From Chrysochromulina tobinii (lineage: Eukaryota): DNA of 36,140 nucleotides. Of this stretch, positions 18,062 through 27,967 are shown piece after piece. Where the stretch lies: NCBI GenBank assembly GCA_001275005.1, contig JWZX01002597.1:1-36140 (forward strand), in the 5' to 3' direction. The notes under the pieces were generated by a model. The model searched no databases. It was not told where the DNA came from and saw only the letters and a program-made list of their open reading frames with translations. The position numbers and the translations under genes are program-made. Each line of letters begins with the position of its first letter. Position 1 is the stretch's first letter.

Positions 18062-18404
18062 TTTCAAACTGAAATTCCCGGGTCCCTCTCGTGAGTAGCG
18101 TACTCCGTACACGTAGAGCTAGTTCGTAGAGGCGCGGCGACAGACCGACAGTGCGTGAGGTGTCGAGGCCAGGCCGCAAGGGGCGAGGGCTCAAGGTAAA
18201 AGGGTATGCGGTATGACGGACCGGCTACCGCGGGGCCGCGCCCGGGTTCGGCTTCGAGATCGGGTCGCACTGGCGCACGCGCCGAGCCACTTACCGTTAT
18301 AACGAACCGCTGCCGGGGCCGCGCGCGCGAGCCCGGCTGGCTCGGCTCCATTACCAGGCGTGCAAGGCTACTCTATCCATACCGATTGAAAGCTGTACAC
18401 ATGG

Positions 18405-19283
18405 CTAATTGATCTTAGCATCTTGCCCGATCTTGCGCAGCCGCAGCTTGACGATGTCGTAGAGCGACATATAGATGGCAACATTTGGCATCGTCTTCAG
18501 GTAGTTGAGCGTTAGCCCGCGGTAGAGCCCGTTTGCGAGGCCCTCGTTGCGCGCAATCGTGCTCAGCGCGTCCCACGTGCTCGTGTATAGCACAGACGTG
18601 CTCGTCTGCAAGCGGCGGCGCACGACGTCCAGCGGATAGACGAACGTCTGCGCGAGGAGTCCAGCGAGCATGCCGGAGCCAACGCGTTGCCAAGCCTTGA
18701 GCTGAGCCTCCTCTAGGCCGAAGAACGTGCCGAGCACCCCCTTGAGAGCCTCGTAGCTCATGAATTTGAGCCCCGCATATGGAGCGACACCCATGCATGT
18801 GGCCGTGACGCCGCTGTAGAGTGCGCCCACGCCGCGCTCGCGAGCAATGCTGCCGACGGCTTCGAACATCGACGCGTGTGTGTTCGTAGGCATGGCCATC
18901 GTTGCGCGGGCTAGGTCCAATGGGTACGTCAGGATCGTCGCAGTCGCGCCCGCGAGTGAACCGGCGGCCAGCGCGGTCGCCTGCTTGGGCACGCCAAGGC
19001 TATTCAGGGTGACCTTGTACTCCTCGTAGGTGAGGAATGTCATGCTCATGTAGGGCACCACACGCACAACCGCCGCAGTGTTTCCCTTCCAAAACGCCGC
19101 CAAGCCCTCCTCGCGGAGGATTCTGGGCGCCAGCGACATCCAGTGTGAAGATCCAGCGCTGCTGCGGCTAACTTGGTAGAGGATCTTGACGCGCTCGATG
19201 GGTGCGATGGCCGTACGCGAGACAACGCCAGCAATGCCGCCAGCACAAAAGTATTCCGTCGGGTGCGTCTTCTCTTTGGTCAT
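18405..19283 (-). CDS. Mitochondrial carrier (SLC25), CoA/adenine-nucleotide carrier-like subgroup
   Basis: Three PX[DE]XX[KR] signatures (PIERVK, PLDLAR, PLDVVR), plus AGGIAG, FWKGN and PYAGLKF; ~292 aa from ATG 19283. Confidence 0.93.
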   Translation of the reverse strand: MTKEKTHPTEYFCAGGIAGVVSRTAIAPIERVKILYQVSRSSAGSSHWMSLAPRILREEGLAAFWKGNTAAVVRVVPYMSMTFLTYEEYKVTLNSLGVPKQATALAAGSLAGATATILTYPLDLARATMAMPTNTHASMFEAVGSIARERGVGALYSGVTATCMGVAPYAGLKFMSYEALKGVLGTFFGLEEAQLKAWQRVGSGMLAGLLAQTFVYPLDVVRRRLQTSTSVLYTSTWDALSTIARNEGLANGLYRGLTLNYLKTMPNVAIYMSLYDIVKLRLRKIGQDAKIN

Positions 19284-19632
19284 CGCAGGACGGTCGGTCA
19301 CGGGCCTGCTGACGGCGTTGAGGCCCGGGCTAAGGGGTGGAGGCTGCCACCTCCCCTTACTGTTCCTGAGCGAAAGAAAAGAGGCGCAGTCTGTGGTCTC
19401 TGTGTTGCGCAAAGACCACAGCACCACACGAAGATGCACTTAGATGCGCCCAAATGCCAATTTGTCATGGGTCTAAAAACCGGCAATCCTCGGAGGGCAC
19501 TGGCTTCGCGGCTGAATGTAAATGTACCACGGCAGAGCGATGCTTTCAGAACGACTTGACACTAACTTGTCTTGACTTGACTTGAATCCTTCGCCAACGG
19601 CCTCTGTCGGCTTGGTTCGGAGCCAAAACACG

Positions 19633-21003
19633 ATGACGGCTGTCGAGGTTCAACTTGCAGCTGTCGACATTTCGGACGAGGGCGTGGAACAGAGCGGTAA
19701 CGCAGTTGCCGACGAGGCAGCGCTCAAGAAGGCCGAAGCCAACCGCAAAAAACGCGAAGCGAAAAAGGCCAAAAAGATGGCTGCGAAGGGCACGACGGCA
19801 GCTGGCGACGAGACGGCCGAGGAGGCGTCTCCAACCGACGGCACACCCAAGGGCCGGTGGGATCGGGGTCTACTGCCCGGCGGCCGCGCCGAACGGCGCT
19901 CTACCGGCCAGAATCGCGGCATGGGAGTCTTTGCCAAAGAGGCCATCGCCAAGGGCGAGGTCGTCGCCGCGGCGCCGCCCGCGCTTTCGGTCATCTTCGA
20001 GCCGGCAGCGCAGATCGTGTGCAGCTTCTGTTTCGACCAGCTGCCGCTCAAGGACATGACCTCGGAGCACGTGGTGTCGCTGAAGACGAGCGAGGGCTCG
20101 TTTGGCGTCGTGCTCGACGACATGATCCCTAAGGGCGCTGAGCAGCCGGTGGCGGTAGTGACGCGCATCACGACGACGTCGGCCAACCGTGGCATCGTGC
20201 GTGTGGGTGACCGGTTCGTCGCGGTACGCGGCACGCCCATCGGCGGCGGCCATGTGGCGGCGGTGACGTTGCTCAAGGCGGCGCTCGAAGCCGGAGCCAG
20301 TGAGGTCGAGGTGACCGTGGCACGTCCGGCGGCGCTGCGCTGCCACGGCTGCGATCGCGTCGCGGTGTGCGAGCGGTGCGCGGGTGAGGGGCGCATGCAG
20401 TGGCACAACGCCGAGTGCGCCGTCTTCCAGCAGTTGCCCGAGGCCGCCACTAAGGGAAGGGACACGTCGACGTTACGCATGCTGCTTCGTCACAAGGTGA
20501 CCACCCACCCGTCGGTGGGCGAGTGGTGCGCGACCAAGGAGCCCGCAGAGCTGCTCGGCTCGCTACAGGCGAACCCGTGCGATGTGCCACCTGCCCAGCT
20601 CGACGCTCTCTCGAAGATGACGGGCAATTCGCTCGCGACCACGTTGAACATCATCGGCCAGATCCGCACCAACGCGTGCCAGATCATCCGCGGCAACGCA
20701 AAGGTGGGCTGCGCGCTCTCGGTACTCATGGGCTGGCACAACCACGACTGCTCGCCCAACGCCGCCTCGGTCATCGGGCCGAGCGGCGAGGTCTCGATCT
20801 CGGCCCTCAAGGACATTGCTGAGGGCGACGAGGTGACGATCTCATACGTCGACGTGCGCGACGAGTGCGCGACGCGCAAGAAGACGCTCATGCAGCACTA
20901 CGGCTTCGAGTGCAAGTGCGCGCGCTGCACCGAGGAGCTGCGCCAGGAGCTCAAGCAGCGCATGAAAGAGGCAAACTCGTACCGCGCTGGCCAGCGACGC
21001 TGA
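19633..21003 (+). CDS. SMYD-type SET-MYND lysine methyltransferase with an inserted PDZ-like domain
   Basis: RGMGVFAKEAIAKGE (SET-N), CSFC...CHGC..C..C...H..EC (MYND-like), NHDCSPN, ALKDIAEGDEVTISY, YGFECKCARC (post-SET). Confidence 0.9.
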   Translation: MTAVEVQLAAVDISDEGVEQSGNAVADEAALKKAEANRKKREAKKAKKMAAKGTTAAGDETAEEASPTDGTPKGRWDRGLLPGGRAERRSTGQNRGMGVFAKEAIAKGEVVAAAPPALSVIFEPAAQIVCSFCFDQLPLKDMTSEHVVSLKTSEGSFGVVLDDMIPKGAEQPVAVVTRITTTSANRGIVRVGDRFVAVRGTPIGGGHVAAVTLLKAALEAGASEVEVTVARPAALRCHGCDRVAVCERCAGEGRMQWHNAECAVFQQLPEAATKGRDTSTLRMLLRHKVTTHPSVGEWCATKEPAELLGSLQANPCDVPPAQLDALSKMTGNSLATTLNIIGQIRTNACQIIRGNAKVGCALSVLMGWHNHDCSPNAASVIGPSGEVSISALKDIAEGDEVTISYVDVRDECATRKKTLMQHYGFECKCARCTEELRQELKQRMKEANSYRAGQRR

Positions 21004-21313
21004 GCAACGTAGCTGGGCGATCGGCCGCACATGTTGTATGGCCGCTGAGCGACTGTGGAGGCCGCGCTTGTAGCGCGCCGGCCTGCACCTCCGCTGAGTG
21101 TGGCAAACTCTGCTCCGAGAGATACAAGTAAAGTCTTGCGTGTGGTCATCCTTCAGATGCGTGTTTCGCTCACTCTTATTGGGCATTGTGTCGGTGGCGT
21201 GGTGACGGTGTATCGGCGGGCGCCCCACGCGATTTATGTCGTGTTCACGTGTGGGAGCATCTTCACAAATTCTTTTCTCGTTCACACCTATACTCGTCGC
21301 CGACGTCGAGAAA

Positions 21314-23578
21314 ATGGAGCATGTCGAGGAACACGTGGACTCTCTGGCGAGCCTAACGCTAAGTACGGAGGAGAGCGGCCACATCGTCGAGACCATCGAT
21401 GGCGGGGAGCGCCGGTGGAAGAGCGTGCTTCCGCTGCTCGATGCTGCGTCGGACGAGATGACTCTCGGTGACCTGGTTGCTGGCAAGACCTTCGATCTGC
21501 ATGACGCGATGTCGGCCATCGAGATCATGGACAAGCAGATGGACAGCGGGATGGAGAAGGAGCGCCCCGCCGACGAGCCCACGGCGCCGCCGCCACCACC
21601 TGGCGAGGATGCATCCCCCCAGCTCATCATCGCGGTGCTTGACGAGGTCATGTGCGCTGAGCAGGGCTGGTACAGCGGACTGTCGCTCGCGCAGACACTC
21701 TGGCGGCTGGAGTGGTTGCAGAACGCGGACGAGGTGCGCAGTATGCCCCTGCGTTCGGCGCTGATTGCCACTGCGCGTGCCGTTGCCGCGACCCACGCGA
21801 TCGTGACGCGCGGCGACGTGCACGAAGAGGAAGACTTTGCGAGTTCGCTGAGCGGGCTCAACCTGCACAACGACGTGAGCGACCAGGAGCTCATCGGCAT
21901 GCTCAACGAAGCAGAGGAGGCGTGCGCCGCGGCCGTTGAGGCGGCGGCAGCCGAGAAGGCGGCAGCCGAGGCGGCGGCGGCCGAGGTGGCGGCGGTGGCG
22001 GCGGCGGCCGAGGCGTTGGCGTTGGCGGAGGGCGTGCTGTGCCGCTTGCGCCTCCGGCGCGGCTGGTGCGGCGCGCTGATCCAGCTCGCGCGGCCGACCG
22101 CCAAGTCGGTCGAGGTTGCGAAGCGCATGCTCAGCCTCGCTGCGGCGCAGATGGACGCCGTGCGCCAGACCATGCACCTCGGCATGGCGCGCGACGAGCT
22201 CGCCTACTGCCTGGGCGGCATCACGCTGCGGCTGCAGCTCGGCACCTCGCCAAAGAAGGTCGAGCCGTTGGCGCGCGAGACCGCGCTTGCCGAGCGCACG
22301 GGCCTGATCGCGCAGATGCAGACCGTGTGCACCGCCGGCGAGCTTCTTGACTACGAGGCCCTCGTGCGCTGGCTCGAGGACCTATGCGGCTGCGTGCGCC
22401 CGATGCCATCCATCCTGACGCGCTCGGCGGCGCAGCTGGTGGGAGTGAGTGAGGACCGGCAAGGCGCGCAGCTGCGCCCGCCGCTCGCGGGTCTGCTACC
22501 TGCCGCGCTCGCTCTCTACTCCGGCGTGAGCGAGGCGCAGCTCACGGAGCTGCTGCCGCTGCCCATTGTGAGTGAGTTCATCGGGCAGCTCGCGCACGGC
22601 GAGGTGCTGCGGCTGCGACTGCTCAACGTCAATCGCGGGCGCACGCGCCGGCGGCTTCGGCACTACCTGCACGACTGGGCGCCCCTGCAAGACCTCGCCG
22701 AGAATCTGGACGCGGAACTGCAGCGTGCGGGCTATCTCGATCCCGGCCTTGGACCCTTTGGCGCCTGGGTGCTGCACCGCACGATGCGCGACATGACGCG
22801 CTTCATCACGCTCGGCTTCGAGCTCGAGATGTACGCCCCGTGCGAGCTCATCGGCATCTACTGGTACCTGGACCTGCTCGCCGGCATGCAGCTGCAGCTC
22901 CAAAAGGAAGTGCACGACCGGGCGTGCGCCAAATACGCGGAGCAGGTGGCCGCTGCGCAGGCGGCGCAGCGCGAGGCTAAGGACGGCGGCAAGAAGGGCA
23001 AGAAGGCGGCCAAGGCCAAGGCAGCGGCCCTTTCCAACCCGCCTGTAGTGGGCGGGTACGCGACGCACTTCGAGCTCCTCTTCACGCGTGTCACAGCCGA
23101 GCTGAGCCGTGGCACGTGCCTGCTGCTCACGGCTCTCAGCCGGCTGGGCTTCATCGCGCCGTACGAGTCCGAGTTCATGCCGCTCTCGCGCCGTTTCGAG
23201 CGCCGCTTCGCGCCCTTCAACACGCTCGCGCGACCTCCGCCGCTCGGGCCGCAGCACTTGGAGCATGCCAAGGCTCAGCTCGACGCGTCGCCCGTTGAGG
23301 GACTACTCTCTACCGCGGCCAGCCACTTCAAGTCCGTCAAGACGCGCCTCGACGCACCGATCAAGGCCGAGACCAAGACGGACGGCACGACGCTCTCGGC
23401 GGTCCAAAAGGCCGAAGCGATGGCGTACGCCAAGGTGGCAGTGGCGAACGGCGTGCTCATCGCGTCCCTCAGCCTCAAGCCACCCGCGGCGGGCTCCGTC
23501 GTCAAGTTTGGGTACGCGGCACACCCACATTTCGTGCAGCTCAGCCTGGCGCCACCGCCCGCCCCCAAGTCAAAGTGA
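21314..23578 (+). CDS. NAA35: N-alpha-acetyltransferase 35, NatC auxiliary subunit (MAK10)
   Basis: Mak10 hallmarks FDLHDAMSAIEIMDKQMDSG, WYSGLSLAQTL, HEEEDF, NRGRTRRRL, LGFELEMY..E...IYWYL and RFERRFAPF. Confidence 0.9.
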   Translation: MEHVEEHVDSLASLTLSTEESGHIVETIDGGERRWKSVLPLLDAASDEMTLGDLVAGKTFDLHDAMSAIEIMDKQMDSGMEKERPADEPTAPPPPPGEDASPQLIIAVLDEVMCAEQGWYSGLSLAQTLWRLEWLQNADEVRSMPLRSALIATARAVAATHAIVTRGDVHEEEDFASSLSGLNLHNDVSDQELIGMLNEAEEACAAAVEAAAAEKAAAEAAAAEVAAVAAAAEALALAEGVLCRLRLRRGWCGALIQLARPTAKSVEVAKRMLSLAAAQMDAVRQTMHLGMARDELAYCLGGITLRLQLGTSPKKVEPLARETALAERTGLIAQMQTVCTAGELLDYEALVRWLEDLCGCVRPMPSILTRSAAQLVGVSEDRQGAQLRPPLAGLLPAALALYSGVSEAQLTELLPLPIVSEFIGQLAHGEVLRLRLLNVNRGRTRRRLRHYLHDWAPLQDLAENLDAELQRAGYLDPGLGPFGAWVLHRTMRDMTRFITLGFELEMYAPCELIGIYWYLDLLAGMQLQLQKEVHDRACAKYAEQVAAAQAAQREAKDGGKKGKKAAKAKAAALSNPPVVGGYATHFELLFTRVTAELSRGTCLLLTALSRLGFIAPYESEFMPLSRRFERRFAPFNTLARPPPLGPQHLEHAKAQLDASPVEGLLSTAASHFKSVKTRLDAPIKAETKTDGTTLSAVQKAEAMAYAKVAVANGVLIASLSLKPPAAGSVVKFGYAAHPHFVQLSLAPPPAPKSK

Positions 23579-23733
23579 CGAGGCACACCCAACCTAGGCG
23601 TGGAGCGGTACCCGTGGAGCTGTTTGGAGCTGGGGGCCGATTGTGTGGAAGTAGGCGCGGCTAAGTTTCGATTTCCTTGAAAGTTACCTGTTCGGAGCGT
23701 CGCGAGCTCTCGCTGGGTGCTGACAGACCCCGC

Positions 23734-25029
23734 ATGCCGACTGCGCGTGTCATGCGGAGCGTCCTGACTGCGATCGTCCTGACCAGGACAAATGCGCTGC
23801 GCACGGGCGCACGACTGTACAGCAGCAGCGTCACCGGCGAGATGAGCCGGACGAAGCGTGCGCGCATGGTGGCAGTGGAACAATCACGCTTCATCACCGG
23901 TGCGGATGGCAACAATGTGACGCCATATATTGCCAACCTGATCGGGCGCAACCTGCACAAGAAAGACGCCCATCCGCTCGGGATCATCAAGGCCAAAATC
24001 GAAAACTATTTCGCGAAGCTCCCTGGTGATACCAAGTTTGACATCGTCGACAACCTAGACCCTCTCGTGAACGCGCAGGAGTGCTTCGACGACCTTCTGA
24101 TCCCGACGGACCACCCCGGGCGGAAGCCGTCGGACACATACTACGTGAGCCGGCCAGGCGGCCGCGAAGTGTCCTCCGCCACCGACACGCTGCTGCGCAC
24201 GCACACCTCCGCCCACCAGTCGACGCTGATGCGCTCCGGCAAGGAGGCGTTCCTTTGCACGGGTGATGTGTACAGGCGAGACGAGATCGACGCGACCCAC
24301 TTCCCGGTCTTCCACCAGATGGAGGGCGTGAAGCTCTTCGACCCAGCGCTCGTGGGCGGCACGATGAGCCGCGACGAGTGGCTCGCGTCCGACGGATGCA
24401 AGCTCGTGGCAGCGGACCTGAAGAAGACGCTCGAAGGTCTCGTCGACGAGCTCTTCGGGCCAGTCGAGAAGCAGTGGCGCGACGACTTCTTCCCGTTCAC
24501 CGAGCCGTCCTTCGAGCTCGACATCTTCTACAACGGCGACTGGATGGAGGTGCTCGGCTGCGGCGTCATCCACTCGGGCGTGCTCTCGAACTGTGGGCTC
24601 TCCAATCGTCACGGCTGGGCATTCGGGCTCGGCCTCGAGCGCCTCGCGATGGTGCTCTTCACGATCCCAGACATCCGACTCTTCTGGTCGGACGACCAGC
24701 GCTTCCTCTCGCAGTTCAAGGCGGGCCAGATCAACACGTTCCAATCGTACTCTAAGTTCCCGCCATGCCTCAAGGACATTGCGTTTTGGCTGCCCGAGGG
24801 ATTCGAACCCAATGACTTTTTCGAGCTTGGGCGCGGCGTGTGCGGCGAGCTCGTCGAGAAGATCGAGCTCGTGGATGAGTTCACCAACGCGAAGAAAGGC
24901 AAGACCTCCCACTGCTACCGCATCACCTACCGCTCGATGGAGCGCTCGCTCACCAACGAGGAGATCAACGTGATGCAGGAGCAGCTGCGTGAACAGGCGG
25001 CGACCAAGCTGAAGGTTGAGCTGCGCTGA
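23734..25029 (+). CDS. FARS2: Monomeric organellar (mitochondrial/plastid-type) phenylalanyl-tRNA synthetase
   Basis: HPL, FDDLLIP.DHPGR, LLRTHTSAHQ, GDVYRRDEID.THFPVFHQMEG, FPFTEPSFE, GWAFGLGLERLAM, C-terminal anticodon-binding domain; Arg/Ser/Thr-rich presequence. Confidence 0.95.
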   Translation: MPTARVMRSVLTAIVLTRTNALRTGARLYSSSVTGEMSRTKRARMVAVEQSRFITGADGNNVTPYIANLIGRNLHKKDAHPLGIIKAKIENYFAKLPGDTKFDIVDNLDPLVNAQECFDDLLIPTDHPGRKPSDTYYVSRPGGREVSSATDTLLRTHTSAHQSTLMRSGKEAFLCTGDVYRRDEIDATHFPVFHQMEGVKLFDPALVGGTMSRDEWLASDGCKLVAADLKKTLEGLVDELFGPVEKQWRDDFFPFTEPSFELDIFYNGDWMEVLGCGVIHSGVLSNCGLSNRHGWAFGLGLERLAMVLFTIPDIRLFWSDDQRFLSQFKAGQINTFQSYSKFPPCLKDIAFWLPEGFEPNDFFELGRGVCGELVEKIELVDEFTNAKKGKTSHCYRITYRSMERSLTNEEINVMQEQLREQAATKLKVELR

Positions 25030-25080
25030 GCTGCTAATGAGCCGCGCGCGCCGCCAGAGTGCCGAGAGTAAGCCGCGCGC

Positions 25081-25105
25081 GCACACACACACACACGCAC
25101 GCACG
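25081..25105. repeat. (CA)n/(GCAC)n microsatellite in the PheRS 3' region
   Basis: gcacacacacacacacgcacgcacg. Confidence 0.85.
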
Positions 25106-26202
25106 CAGTAATACACACGCGTCGCCGGTGCCGTCACTGAGTAAGTGCATGATATGTACATCTCACTCGTCTCTGCTATCTTGTATCTACTCTCGTGTAT
25201 TCGGCCGCGTCACGGGGTTTTCACGGGGTGCGTCGTCGACGTGCACATAGTTCAAAATCAGGCGGTGAGGTCCCAGACCTCCCAGTGTGTGAATCCCCCG
25301 GCGCCAAAGGGCAAAAGTGCCGAGCAACCCTTCGGGCCTTCGGCGCGCCGCACCAATGGCGGAGGTTCACGACCGAGAGTGGTGCCTAATTGTCGTTGAT
25401 CATAAGCATATATTCATAACCAGGATTCATCCGACTAACGGGTCGTTCTCCGACGGCGCCTCATTTTCGGAAGCGGGCGCGTCTCCACCCAATTATAGCA
25501 ACTGTGGCGCGTTTCTCTTGTCCAACAACGCAGCGATGTTAGCGATGCTCATGAGTGACGAGGACGCCGACCTCGTTCTGCTCGAGGACGACGTCATCTT
25601 GGGTGAGCTGGTGATGTCTGAGTCCACGACGTTTCCCGCCGCTCCCCTGGTCAGGCCTCCCGTGTTAATCTATCCCGTAATGTTTCCTCCCGTGTTGAGT
25701 CATACGACTATGGAGCACCTGACCGCCGAGACACTACCGAGACACTGATCACGTATGATCACGGCGGCGAGCCCGCGAGCGACAGCACATGGTACGCGTG
25801 AGCCCAACTGTGACGCGGGAACTGGCCGGTGCTCTACATGTACCCGATGTCGGCGAGGAACACTCAATAGAGATATGCTTTCGCACGGGGCTCATCCGTC
25901 ATCGCTCACCAAGCCGCCCATCAATTTGGAAGCAGCAGTGCGCGTGTGATGCTCATGACTATGGGCCATGCTGGCTATATGCTGGCCGTGGGGGTGGCGA
26001 TAAGTGAGGGAGCCGCGCGGCGCGCGCGCGCGGTAACGCGCGCGGCACAACAGGCCCAGACAGTACTCAGAGAGACAGAGAGCACGGCAGAGCGAGAACC
26101 TATTTGTAGTCGACAGTCAAACTGCCAATTATAAGTGCTGTGTGTTAGAAGTCACACAGACACACATTCACATTCACACACACCCATTCACACCACGGCG
26201 GG

Positions 26203-26325
26203 TACCGCGCGGGGGCGGTTTTAGTAGGGCGACATGCCCATGGTGAGCTTCGATCCGCAGCTTGAAGCTCCGATCGGCGGGAGCGGCGAAATCATATTTG
26301 TCCGCGCGCGCCCCCCCCCGCGGTA
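26203..26325. mobile_element. Possible short MITE-like element flanked by TA
   Basis: TA-CCGCGCGGGGG ... CCCCCCCGCGG-TA imperfect inverted termini (12/13 match including TA). Confidence 0.25.
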
Positions 26326-26388
26326 GACGCGAAGCAACGGCGAACCCGCGAATCCGCGAACAATGAAAGCTGCCCATGCCTGGGTGCG

Positions 26389-27504
26389 TCAAAAGTCGAG
26401 CAGCGGCAGCGGCGTCGAAGTCCCCGATGGCACTGCGCGGATGCGCCGTTCCGCAACGCTCGCGAAGCGAGCCAGGATGGCATCCGCCATGCCGCCATGA
26501 AGACCACAGTCCAGGGCGTGGGCGGCGGCGGCCATCGCAGCGCGGCGCGCGCGGAGCTCCTGCTCGGAGATGCGTGCCAAGCGGGCGAGCACTCGAGTCA
26601 CATTCGCGCGCTCGGGTACGCGCAGCGCAAACTCACCGTAGTCGATGCCATCGGAGAAGGGCAGAGGCGTACGGTCCGACGCGATCACAGGGAGGGCACC
26701 GCATCGGATGGAGTCAAAGATGGCCTTCCGAGGGCCCACGTGCCCCTTGAGCTGCACCGAGAAGCTCGACGCGCGCAGCGTCGCCTCGAGATCCGACGGG
26801 TTGAAGTGCTGCTTGCGACTCGACGGGTTGAAGAGTACAAGGGCGCACTCGGGCTCCCCGACGATTGTCATCGCCTCCACCCACGGCTTGCGAGCGGGGT
26901 TGGTGGCGATCGAGCCAGCAAACATCAGCAATGACTTGCGCGGCGCCGAAAAAGCGGGCGGCCCGTGCGCGTGCGATGTGCCAGGGCAACGCTCATCGAG
27001 GGCGCCGTGGCCGACGCCGTATGGAATGAGGATACCTCTCCCCATCTGAGTGAGTGTAGTCGGCTCAAAGCAGAGCAACGTGACGTTGGGCTCGTCCCAA
27101 AGAGACGGCCACGTACCAACGGCTACAGAGCGGCTACGCAACCCGTTGCGCTCAAATGGCGGCCCAGCACATCGCTGGGCAAAGACGGCGTGGTGAGAAC
27201 GGCGCGTGTCCCAAAATGAGCCGATGCCACGCATTGCAGCGATGACTGCGTCGTTCCAAGCTAGCAGCTGCGCGTGGCCTGGAGTGTTCCGGCCTTTGCG
27301 CAGCTTGGTGAAGGCCTGCGTCAGCATGAAGGGCACGAGCAGCATGTCTGCCGTCTCGGGCGGCGCTTGCGGCATTGCACGGAAACGCTCAGTAAGCTCC
27401 AGCTCAGCGCGGAAGTGGTAGTCATGGTCGCCCGCGGTGAGATTCTCGTAGAGCGAAGCGCCAGTTAGCGCATGTGGCAATGGATAGACGTACACGGAAG
27501 GCAT
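26389..27504 (-). CDS. Exostosin-like glycosyltransferase (GT47); 5' end uncertain
   Basis: VYVYPLP, ADMLLVPF, LLMFAGS, SSFSVQLKG, AIFDSIRCGALPVI, LPFSDGIDY. Confidence 0.88.
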   Translation of the reverse strand: MPSVYVYPLPHALTGASLYENLTAGDHDYHFRAELELTERFRAMPQAPPETADMLLVPFMLTQAFTKLRKGRNTPGHAQLLAWNDAVIAAMRGIGSFWDTRRSHHAVFAQRCAGPPFERNGLRSRSVAVGTWPSLWDEPNVTLLCFEPTTLTQMGRGILIPYGVGHGALDERCPGTSHAHGPPAFSAPRKSLLMFAGSIATNPARKPWVEAMTIVGEPECALVLFNPSSRKQHFNPSDLEATLRASSFSVQLKGHVGPRKAIFDSIRCGALPVIASDRTPLPFSDGIDYGEFALRVPERANVTRVLARLARISEQELRARRAAMAAAAHALDCGLHGGMADAILARFASVAERRIRAVPSGTSTPLPLLDF

Positions 27505-27967
27505 CGACGGAAGGCATTCAGTGCTGTGCCGTCGTCCACGACTGACCGCATGCGTCCTGCAGCAAGTATACAATAGTAACCGACAACCTCGAGGGCCCCT
27601 GTTGTGACACCTGTGAACAGTCAATTGCATGCGTCGACTTCGAGTCGAACAAACTTTCGTCCAAAGGACGGCCCAACACGTGCACAATGAGAAGGAGGTC
27701 ATTTACATTTAATGACTGTTTCCACATTCACCACCATGCACAACAACACTCCAGATCCCTCCCCACCTGCAGTCGTTCTCCGGCACGCCCAGGCAACCAC
27801 ATACATACTGCATGTCGGGCTCACTCACCAGCGCTGGGCGGCCCACCGAACCCGGCTGGCGTGGCGGACATAGCTCTCGTTGCACGCCGGTGCTGCCCCC
27901 GCCTCCTTCTTGCGCGGTCTGCTCTTCTCGTCGTCGACGCCCCCCGAGCATCCTGCTCGCACGCCCT

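Noticed and set aside
25250..26150. ORF 25317-25748 and neighbours as a transposase remnant
   Set aside because: No DDE or other catalytic motif and no terminal repeats could be identified.
1602..27504. Glycan biosynthesis gene cluster (SLC35A, LpxB, sulfotransferase, GT47)
   Set aside because: The genes are dispersed among unrelated housekeeping genes, likely act in different compartments, and belong partly to large families, so co-occurrence is plausibly chance.
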